Shown here: piece by piece, positions 56,287-64,000 of the stretch | Position numbering within the stretch: the stretch's first letter is position 1 | Layout of the letters: each line of letters opens with the position of its first letter | Origin: Bdellovibrionota bacterium | GTDB lineage: Bacteria > Bdellovibrionota_G > JALEGL01 > JAGRMV01 | Direction of reading: 5' to 3' | DNA length: 64,000 nt | NCBI GenBank assembly: GCA_041391365.1 | Contig: JAWKOC010000001.1 | Span: forward strand, 514,068-578,067 | Program-made: the position numbers and the translations under genes | Notes under the pieces: generated by a model | The model's database searches: none | Told to the model about the DNA's origin: nothing | What the model saw: the letters and a program-made list of their open reading frames with translations, nothing else

Positions 56287-56980
56287 CTTTCGCTGCTCTA
56301 ACTCTTCGATTGATTTCATCAGCAGCATCTACAGCTTGATCCCACACGGTGTAAATTTGCATTTTTTTTCCAGAAACCAAATCTCCGACCACGAAAAAGT
56401 TTTCAATATTGCTTTGATATTTTTGATCTACGATGGCCCGTCCTTCTGAATCGACTTTTCCTCCGAGATCAACCAAAAGTTGATTGTAGGGAATGATTCC
56501 CAAAGCTACAATGGACATTTGAGTTGGAACACGGGTTCCATCTTCCAAAAGAAATCCTTCCAAAGAAACTTTTGGATCTCCTAGAATAGATTCAATGGGA
56601 CTTTCATAAATCTCAATGTGATATTTTTGAACCAAATCCAATGCTTTTTGAGAAAACTGTGTAGGCAAACCTGTCGTCAAGATCGCGATCTGATCATGAT
56701 GATATCGTTCCGCCATCAATTTGCCGATGTAGATAGCAGAATCTTTGTTTCCCAAAATACTTAGAGATTTTCCGAATGTTTTATGACCGTCACATCGAAC
56801 ACAGTAGATGAGATCCCCACGGTTTGCAAAAGGAAAAAAAGCCTCAATCTTTTCTCCAATTTTAGGTTGTACATCCATAATCCCCGTTGCCAACACAACA
56901 TGTTTTGCAAAATCCAAAGAGTAAATTATATCACCTTCTTTTTTTGGAGTGAATCCAAAACAATCCATCTTTTTTTTCAA
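56267..56980 (-). CDS. thioredoxin-reductase-like FAD oxidoreductase, C-terminal fragment (frame break at 56981-56991)
   Basis: Redox-active CVRCDG (compare CATCDG of TrxB) and VVGDLVSG. Joins the N-fragment if the T4 run (minus strand) is T5. Confidence 0.75.
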   Translation of the reverse strand: MKKKMDCFGFTPKKEGDIIYSLDFAKHVVLATGIMDVQPKIGEKIEAFFPFANRGDLIYCVRCDGHKTFGKSLSILGNKDSAIYIGKLMAERYHHDQIAILTTGLPTQFSQKALDLVQKYHIEIYESPIESILGDPKVSLEGFLLEDGTRVPTQMSIVALGIIPYNQLLVDLGGKVDSEGRAIVDQKYQSNIENFFVVGDLVSGKKMQIYTVWDQAVDAADEINRRVRAAKATHSNE

Positions 56981-57291
56981 TCGAAAACTCCAGTTTTCCT
57001 CACGTCAGAGTACGAATGAAGCGTGCGATGCTTCTCAATCCATGCCAAGGTTTTCTTAGTCCCATCCGAAATGGGGTTGGCGAGATCATGCATTCCCGGT
57101 ATGTTTTCAACTTCAAAAACCCATGTTGCACGAGCTTGCTTTTTGTTCAGAGAGTTCCCCAAAAAAAGAAGACTATGATCCATATTGAGTACAGCTCTCA
57201 AATGCGCCATGGTCCCTGCAGCACCTCCTCCTATGATGGCCACATCGTGAACAAAGTGCATTTGTTTTGAAGGATTTTCAGTAGAAGTCAT
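56977..57291 (-). CDS. thioredoxin-reductase-like FAD oxidoreductase, N-terminal fragment
   Basis: Dinucleotide fold HDVAIIGGGAAGTMA. Ends ...KTGVFD-stop immediately before the next fragment. Confidence 0.75.
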   Translation of the reverse strand: MTSTENPSKQMHFVHDVAIIGGGAAGTMAHLRAVLNMDHSLLFLGNSLNKKQARATWVFEVENIPGMHDLANPISDGTKKTLAWIEKHRTLHSYSDVRKTGVFD

Positions 57292-58570
57292 CAACATGAT
57301 CCTCTATACCGAGAGTTTCCCGAAAATCAAAGGGGCACCCTTCTTCATAAAAAGTTTTCACCAGTGAATCGCAAAAAATCGACTTTTCTGACCAACGTCG
57401 GATCCACAGCTGATCTAGACTCCGTACTCTACTCATTGCCACATAAGCTTGACCAGGCTCCCATAAACCTTCCAACGAAACAGCCATCTCATCCATGGTC
57501 ATCCCTTGAGATTTGTGAATTGTCGTAGCCCACGCAAGCTGCAAGGGGAAATTGGTGGCTGTTGCTTTGGGTTCTCCTTGACCATCAAGATACGAAAAGG
57601 CCATTTTCTCAAAGGTAAAAGGGCGATTGCGGATGGCCACGGTTACTTCATCTTCTTTGACGTCCAGGACGGTGCCTGTACTTCCATTCACATAACGAAG
57701 CAAGGGATCGTTGATACGTATCATTACCTTTGCCCCAATTTTGAGGGCCAAATGCTCGGAAATGGGAGCATTTCTGCGAAGAGCTTCGATGTATTGTTCT
57801 TGCCCTGCGTAACGCGTTGGAATCGTATAGACTTCACCCGCGATTTTGGACAACTCCATATCGTTGAACTGTGCGGCTTCCATTCTTTTGGAAAAAAGCT
57901 GTGTGCCTGAAAAAGAGTACGGAGGTCCATATCGAGAGTCTAGGATTTCTTTGATCTGATCATCCATTTGACCATTTCTGATATGATGAAGAACAAACGA
58001 TAAGTTTTCATCGTCGGATCGTAGATTCTCTTCCAGTAAAATCGGCATAAATTTTCCACGATCCCAAGAGGAGCTCAAAAACGCCCACGGGGGAATTTTT
58101 TGGCCACGAGCCACAGGAGGAAGCTGAGCAAAGTCACCTACAGATACAATTCGCAATCCACCCCAAGGGGTTGAATCATCTAAAATTTGCTTACAAATTT
58201 TTTCAGCGATATCAAGCACAGGACCAGGAATCATGGAGATCTCATCAATCACCAAAGTCTTGGCTTTCCTCAATCGATATCTTACATGGCGGTTTTTTGC
58301 ACTCTTATCGATGATCTCAGAGGGATGCCCTTGCATCAATCCGAGACCAAAAAAACTGTGAAAGGTTCTTCCACCCACCAGTACAGCTGCCGCCCCTGTA
58401 CTGGCCAATACAGGAAATTCAAACCGAGTGTCTTTGTCTCTCAAAAATTGAGAAATCAAAAAACTTTTACCAGACCCAGCCCCACCGGTAAGAAATACAT
58501 TTTCCTTCGTTCCAGAGAGAACAGAAAATGCTTCCTTTTGAGAAGGAGATAATTCGGGTACAACGGTCAA
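57278..58570 (-). CDS. PIF1/RecD-like superfamily 1 DNA helicase
   Basis: Walker A TGGAGSGKSF, STGAAAV, Walker B LVIDEISMI, and the C-terminal SH3-like and 2B regions. TTG start 9 nt after the upstream stop. Confidence 0.85.
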   Translation of the reverse strand: MTVVPELSPSQKEAFSVLSGTKENVFLTGGAGSGKSFLISQFLRDKDTRFEFPVLASTGAAAVLVGGRTFHSFFGLGLMQGHPSEIIDKSAKNRHVRYRLRKAKTLVIDEISMIPGPVLDIAEKICKQILDDSTPWGGLRIVSVGDFAQLPPVARGQKIPPWAFLSSSWDRGKFMPILLEENLRSDDENLSFVLHHIRNGQMDDQIKEILDSRYGPPYSFSGTQLFSKRMEAAQFNDMELSKIAGEVYTIPTRYAGQEQYIEALRRNAPISEHLALKIGAKVMIRINDPLLRYVNGSTGTVLDVKEDEVTVAIRNRPFTFEKMAFSYLDGQGEPKATATNFPLQLAWATTIHKSQGMTMDEMAVSLEGLWEPGQAYVAMSRVRSLDQLWIRRWSEKSIFCDSLVKTFYEEGCPFDFRETLGIEDHVDDFY

Positions 58571-58579
58571 TTGTTAAAA

Positions 58580-59308
58580 TCAAACGAAGGTATAAAGCGT
58601 GAAATCTCTCGCTTCTTGCCGAAGATCAGCCACTACCTGAGCATCGATCCCCGTTAAACTGGAAAGCTCTTCAATAGAGGTTTTACGAATCATTGACAAA
58701 GAAGAAATCCCAATCGAAAACAGCTTTTTCAAATCAACGGGTGTGTAACGCTTGGTTTTGACCTTGATGGTTTTGTAAAACGCAACAATGTTCAATACGG
58801 CAATGGCATGCCCTCGGTATTTCAATTTGAATTGAGCTCGCAATGGTTCAAAGGCCGTAACCAATTTTTGTTGTTGCTCTGGGGTGATTTCCTTGGTTTG
58901 GCTTCGATTGATGCTTTTTATAACTTTTTGCAATTCAATCAACGTTTTGGTTTCTTCTACAAGTCCAATGTTTCTGCACTTGGAGATCAATGGACTCACA
59001 ATGTATTCGGTGATGGTCGTGATGTCTTTGTTGACCACACCCTGCTCTACCGCTTTAACATATCGAACAACTGGACTGAGGTACTCCTGAGCGAGAGACA
59101 CAAACGTTTTTCGCATTTGAGCATACTCTGCTTTGGTCGTCGATCGAGAGGTTCCTTTTCGAGTTTGACGACCTGAATTTTTGGATGGTTTATCAATTTG
59201 GATTTGCGTAAAGGCTTGGTCCAAATCTCCCAAAAACCCATCGTCCAAAAAATCATCAAAAACTGGGTTGGCTAGATTGGGATTCTGAACGACTGTAGCT
59301 CTGGGCAT
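58580..59308 (-). CDS. hypothetical protein with C-terminal helix-hairpin-helix-like motif
   Basis: AAGGAG Shine-Dalgarno 5 nt before ATG 59308. Acidic N-terminus, then the basic stretch SKNSGRQTRKGTSRSTTK; the C-terminus reads IEELSSLTGIDAQVVADL. Confidence 0.55.
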   Translation of the reverse strand: MPRATVVQNPNLANPVFDDFLDDGFLGDLDQAFTQIQIDKPSKNSGRQTRKGTSRSTTKAEYAQMRKTFVSLAQEYLSPVVRYVKAVEQGVVNKDITTITEYIVSPLISKCRNIGLVEETKTLIELQKVIKSINRSQTKEITPEQQQKLVTAFEPLRAQFKLKYRGHAIAVLNIVAFYKTIKVKTKRYTPVDLKKLFSIGISSLSMIRKTSIEELSSLTGIDAQVVADLRQEARDFTLYTFV

Positions 59309-59426
59309 ATCGACTCCTTTTTCTTCAATATATAATAGATGGTCTGTATATTCTATCCGATTAGACAATGCGAGATAATGTATTGTATGGCAGTTTTCAG
59401 GTCAAGTTTTTTTCAAGACTTTGAAA

Positions 59427-61364
59427 TTAAAAATCTTCTTCCAAATTTGCAGAAAGTTCGAGCCACTGCGTCTCAAGATTCTCGATCCGGGATTCCAAAT
59501 ACTGTCGACGCTGTACCTTTTGGCCGAAGTCTTTTTCTTTCATGGACTGAGGGTCGATCAAATACTGGTCCAGCTCTTTGGCTTCATGTTTTTTTTCTTC
59601 GAGCTCTTGTTCTACATTTTTGAGCTTTTTCCTAATTTGACTACGATTTTCGTATCTTTCTTTTCTTTCTTCAGCTTCCACTCTCTTTTGATTTTTTCGT
59701 TCTGTCCGCGGCACATCACTTTTGTATTCTGCGGTTGATGTCAGACCTTTTTCTCCGGAAATTTGGGATTGATAGTAACTATAATTTCCGTGATAGATGT
59801 TGCACTGATTGTCTTTGATTTCGTAGATTTGATCGACGGTTCCATCGAGAAAATCACGATTGTGAGAAACCACAACCACCGTGCCCTCATACTCATTGAG
59901 TCCATTGGCAAGAGCATCACAACTTTCTAAATCGAGATGGTTGGTGGGCTCATCAAGCAAAAGCAATCCAGGCTTTCGCAAAAGTATTTTTGATAAACTC
60001 AATCGCGCCTTTTCTCCACCCGAAAGAACTTCAATATCTTTTTCCAAATCATTTTTGTTCAATCCCAGATTTCCTGCTACACGAAAGACTTCTTCTACGT
60101 TGCTCACAAGAATATCCGAAAAAAGATAGTCTTTTCCTTTCATCTGCAACGGTAGATCTTCCATACGATGTTGAGCATAAAATCCAAGGCGAACATTTTC
60201 TGCAACCTTGATCTCCCCTTCCAAAGTCTTCAATTCCCCCGCACATGTTTTGAGAAACGTAGATTTGCCAACTCCATTTACACCAATCAAACCTATTTTC
60301 TTTCCCTTTTCGACCATGCAACGCTGCAGAGAAAACAAAGGAGCCTTGGAATCATACCCAAAACAAGCATGCTCAATCTGCAAAACAACTTTGGGCAAAC
60401 GATCAATCAATTTCAACGAGAACCTTGCCATTCGAGTGGAATCTGGCGGAATGTCTTCCATCAACTCTTCGATTTGTTTTTGGATATGTTGAGAACTTTT
60501 TAACTTGCTTTGAGCTTGCCGAGCTTTGCTTGCTTTTGCCTTAAACTTCCGAGCAAAATCTTCCATTTGAGCAACTTTTTTTTGCCTACTTTTTATTTCA
60601 GATTCCAATTGAACAAATTTTTGTTGTTTTGCCTCTTCATACTTATCAAGCTTACCCGGCCAGTAATACATTTTGGGAGGAAGTAATTCTATGATTTGTT
60701 CTGAAACACGTTTGAGTAAGAGTCGATCGTGCGTGATCAATAAAAAAGCTCCTGGATACGTTTTAATATAATTCTCAAACCACAATACTGAGTCCATATC
60801 CAAGTGGTTGGTAGGTTCATCCAAGAGCAAAAGATCTGCTTCTTGCAACAAGACGCCTGCAAGATGGGCTCGGATCAACCATCCACCGCTGAACTCTCCA
60901 CTTTTTTTGTCTACACCATCCGATGAAAATCCAAGACCCATTAAAATTTCTTTGGCTTTGGAGATCACTCGATCGGATCCCAGAGCCATAAACTTTTCCT
61001 CTTCTACTTCGTAACTGCGCAGCCACTCCGGTGTATGATTTTTCTCCAACCCCTGTCTCATGTCTTGCAGATTTTGCCGGGTTTCATACCATCGATGATG
61101 AACCTTCAATGTAGATTCCAAAATGGTGTCCTCAGGATTGGCCATCCAATCTTGTCTCATCCAGGCCATGGTCATGCTTTTGGGATGTTGAATTTGCCCT
61201 TGATCCAAAGGTTCGGTTTGCGCCAAAATTTTGAAAAAAGTCGATTTTCCTGCCCCGTTTCTTCCCAAAACCCCGATCTTGGCCTTTTCAGGAATGGTGA
61301 TGGAGACATTTTTGAAAAGCGTCTGAGCACCATACTGCTTGGCAATGTTTACCAGTGAAATCAT
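59427..61364 (-). CDS. ABC-F family ATPase (translation-factor type, two ABC domains, C-terminal coiled coil)
   Basis: Walker A GRNGAGKST and GVNGVGKST; signatures FSGGW and LSGGEK. No TM domain. Confidence 0.9.
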   Translation of the reverse strand: MISLVNIAKQYGAQTLFKNVSITIPEKAKIGVLGRNGAGKSTFFKILAQTEPLDQGQIQHPKSMTMAWMRQDWMANPEDTILESTLKVHHRWYETRQNLQDMRQGLEKNHTPEWLRSYEVEEEKFMALGSDRVISKAKEILMGLGFSSDGVDKKSGEFSGGWLIRAHLAGVLLQEADLLLLDEPTNHLDMDSVLWFENYIKTYPGAFLLITHDRLLLKRVSEQIIELLPPKMYYWPGKLDKYEEAKQQKFVQLESEIKSRQKKVAQMEDFARKFKAKASKARQAQSKLKSSQHIQKQIEELMEDIPPDSTRMARFSLKLIDRLPKVVLQIEHACFGYDSKAPLFSLQRCMVEKGKKIGLIGVNGVGKSTFLKTCAGELKTLEGEIKVAENVRLGFYAQHRMEDLPLQMKGKDYLFSDILVSNVEEVFRVAGNLGLNKNDLEKDIEVLSGGEKARLSLSKILLRKPGLLLLDEPTNHLDLESCDALANGLNEYEGTVVVVSHNRDFLDGTVDQIYEIKDNQCNIYHGNYSYYQSQISGEKGLTSTAEYKSDVPRTERKNQKRVEAEERKERYENRSQIRKKLKNVEQELEEKKHEAKELDQYLIDPQSMKEKDFGQKVQRRQYLESRIENLETQWLELSANLEEDF

Positions 61365-61471
61365 TTTTGCCCCTGGGCTCATATCAAACCTCAACAAAAG
61401 GGGAATTTTTTTTGACAGAGGGCCAAAAAAATCAGAGTATCCAGGCAGTTTTTTGGGAAAATCATGAAAAA

Positions 61472-63007
61472 ATGAGCCAATCGTTACGATCTTTGATGCT
61501 GGCCCTTCGTTCTTGGAGAACAGCCAGTGTGTCTATTTTGTCCTTTAGTTCAGGCCTACCTTTGGGAATGGTTTGATCGCCATTCCGGATTGGATGAGAT
61601 CCATTGGAGTCGACATTCGAATTGTCGGCTTATTTGCTCTTACGCAACTTCCATGGACATTCAAAATTCTGTGGGCCCCCTTATGGACCGCTATGTGCCA
61701 CCTTTTTGGGGTCGACGACGAGGATGGGCAGTCCTTGCTCAAGTTGCGCTGCTGTTTTTCACCATGGCCTTGGCAGGAGTCGAATCTCATCCTGACAGTG
61801 CCTGGATCATTGCAGCTTTGGCCTTGTCAATCGCCATGGCATCGGCCACACAAGACATCGCCTTGGACGCATACACTGTAGATGTTTTGCATGAAAATGA
61901 ACAAGGGGTCGTGGTCGGTGCAAGAATCGCGCTCTATCGCGCGGCAGTTGATGGCCGGTGCATTGAGCATCACCTTGGCAGGGCAAATTTCCTGGAAGTG
62001 GGTATGTCTTGGTCTTGGACTGCTCTATCTCCCGATGATTTTTGTGACATGGAAAGCTCCAGAGCCGGAGGAGGAATTGATTTCTCCAAAATCTCTCAAA
62101 GAAGCCATTTGGGGACCCTTTCTCGGGTTTCTTTCCAAACATCGATCCATTGAAATCTTGATTTTTGTTGTTCTTTACAAATTTGGAGACAACCTGGGTC
62201 AAGGTCTTTTGCGTCCGTTTTTGATCGACATGGGATACTCAGCGACCCAAAGGGGGGTAGCTTTGGGAACCATCGGTTTGATTGCGACGCTTTTTGGAAC
62301 GTTCGTTGGAGGGATCAGCACGACTCTGTTGGGCCTTGGTCACTGCTTGTGGATTTTCGGATTTTTGCAAATCTTCTCAAACATTGGATACATTTTTTTG
62401 GCACAATCCGATGTCAATTTACCTTTGTTTTATGGTGCAATGGCTTTTGAAACATTTACACAAGGCTTGGGAACCGGAGCCTTTTCTGTTCTGTTGATTC
62501 GCATGACACAGAAAAGATTCTCAGCCACTCAGTACGCCTTGTTTTCTAGCCTTTTTGGAGTTGCAAGAGTCTTAGCTGGTCCTTTGAGTGGATTCATGGT
62601 GGACGCCATGGGATGGCTAAACTTTTTTTGGGCCACCGTTGTGGTAGGCGTACCGGGTCTGCTTTTGCTTCATCGTTTTTCACCCTTGGGCGTAAAAGAT
62701 CCATGCATTGATCTACAAACCAAAGAATCTCGCTCGTCCTGCAACAACATCGGAAATTGTTACCAGAGGAGTGGTTGGATTTTTGGTGGGTACTGTTTTG
62801 ATCTCTTTGTGCATGGGATTGCTCAACTACATGAAAGCTCTACGCACACCCGATATTGAAGCAGATTTCTTCACATCAGTTGTATCTATCTTTTTGCCGT
62901 CCAGTGGCGTTGAATGGATACAAACCAGTGGTGTCTGGATATGTGCAATGGCTGTTGCGTTGATTGCAGCTGCATACAAAGCCGCTCGGGGCAAAAGTCA
63001 CGGATAA
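61472..63007 (+). pseudogene. ampG: AmpG-family muropeptide permease (MFS), broken into five frame segments as sequenced
   Basis: The pieces read in order: SFSSGLPLG / GVDIRIVGLFALTQLPWTFKILWAPL / MDRYVPPFWGRRRGW...ASATQDIALDAY / VLYKFGDNL...FSATQYALFSS / C-terminal TM tail. The frame order is 2,1,0,1,2. Confidence 0.8.
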
Positions 63008-63021
63008 ATAGAAAGAAAAAT

Positions 63022-64000
63022 ATGAAACAGCTTTATCAATTTTCCCAAAATGAAGAAGGAAAAATTTCGATCAAAACCAAGCTCAAAGGCTTAGAGTTGA
63101 TCAACCAAGCCTTGCTCAATAAGGGTACTGCTTTTTCTCCAAAAGAGAGACAATTGTTCAATTTGAAGGTCTTCTCCCCTATCATCACAGCAACATTGAT
63201 GAGCAATGTGCTCGGATGTACGAGAACATTTCGAAGAAAAGTACTTCTTTGGAAAAAATACATCGGATTGATTTCTTTAAAAAGTAGAAATGAAACCCTG
63301 TTTTACAAACTATTGATTGAACATTTGGAGGAGTTTATGCCCATCATTTACACTCCTACGGTTGGACAAGCATGTGAAGAGTTCAGTCATATTTTTCGGC
63401 AAAGTCAAAGGGCTTTGGATCACACCGACGACAAAGGAAGAATCAAGAAGCTTTTGAAAAACATTGCGCAAGACGATATCCGCTTGATTGTTGCTACTGA
63501 CAATGAAAGTATTTTGGGAATTGGAGATCAAGGTGCTGGCGGAATTGCCATTTCAGTTGGAAAACTGGCACTATACTGTGTTGCCGCAGGAATTCATCCT
63601 CACTACGTTTTACCTATTTCATTGGATGTTGGAACCAACAATGAAAAACTGTTGTCTGATCCGCTATATGTCGGATACAAAAAGAAAAGAATTTCAGGTA
63701 AAGAATATGATGAATTGACTGCCGAGTTTGTCAGTGCAGTCAATGAGGTTTTCCCTGGTGTCTTGGTTCAGTGGGAAGATTTCAAAAGCAAAATGCATTT
63801 GATGTCCTCGATCGCCACAGAAATGATATTCTTTCTTTCAACGATGATATTGAAGGTACGGCTGCAGTTGCTGTAGCTGGGCTGATCAATGCATGTAGAT
63901 ATAAGAAAACAAAAATCAAAGATGAACGCATTCTCATCATTGGTGCGGGAGCCGCGGGAGCAGGAATCGCAAGACTCATTCACTATCGAATGATGAAACA
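63022..64000 (+). pseudogene. NAD(P)-dependent malic enzyme, 3' partial, with at least five frame breaks as sequenced
   Basis: LLNKGTAFSPKER, NETLFY, IYTPTVGQAC, ILGIGDQGAGG, LDVGTNN. After a shift at 63790-63793 it reads FNDDIEGTAAVAVAGL and IGAGAAGAGIA to the window end. Confidence 0.85.

Noticed and set aside
1-64000. Scan for CRISPR arrays, tRNA/rRNA genes, IS elements, integrases, toxin-antitoxin pairs and known defence-system signatures
   Set aside because: I saw no regularly spaced direct repeats, no tRNA-like T-loop/acceptor pattern in the intergenic regions, no transposase or recombinase motifs, and no nuclease/ATPase pairs typical of defence islands. This was done by eye only, so short ncRNAs could have been missed.

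Overview
About 60 genes on a chromosomal segment of an AT-rich bacterium. I found no rRNA, tRNA, CRISPR array, transposase, integrase or phage gene.

Gene blocks, in order:
- Leucine catabolism (1-2954): crotonase tail, methylcrotonyl-CoA carboxylase alpha, HMG-CoA lyase.
- APC permease, fumC and yajQ.
- Minus-strand group (7215-9804): MshEN-domain protein, Zn-dependent dehydrogenase and a small zinc-ribbon protein.
- Branched-chain 2-oxoacid dehydrogenase operon (10902-18472): a lipoyl synthase ORF reads straight into E2, followed by lpd, E1 alpha, E1 beta and three poorly characterised genes.
- GAF-GGDEF cyclase, TPR and FHA proteins, nadC, inositol-3-phosphate synthase, rmuC, bcp and a PhoX-like phosphatase.
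- A strongly signalled 61-codon histone-fold gene (27489-27674).
- A patch of orphan secreted proteins next to a truncated aldo/keto reductase.
- MATE pump, Ser/Thr kinase fused to PilZ, CPA2 antiporter, LysR regulator and pstS.
- An SLC12-like transporter and a CaCA exchanger with overlapping ends, then (after a ~100-nt gap) a tightly coupled run of TolC-like, RND, MarC and FMN glutamate-synthase-like genes.
- Response regulator, TAXI-TRAP transporter, ApbC-DUF971, PLD-type cardiolipin synthase, histidine kinase, TrxR-like oxidoreductase, Pif1-like helicase, ABC-F ATPase, ampG and a malic enzyme.

The histone-fold protein, the MshEN and PilZ receptors and the overall gene content suggest a Bdellovibrionota-like lineage. 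That is inference only.

Two points dominate:
1. At least 16 single-base frame breaks interrupt well-conserved genes, mostly at short homopolymers, and they cluster heavily at 61.5-64 kb. Assembly error is the simplest explanation. This weakens any claim here that rests on a reading frame.
2. I did not recognise a clear new multi-gene system such as a defence island. The best leads are:
   - the bacterial histone-fold gene;
   - the in-frame LipA-E2 ORF;
   - the kinase-PilZ fusion;
   - the uncharacterised tail of the bkd operon;
   - the RND operon that lacks a periplasmic adaptor.
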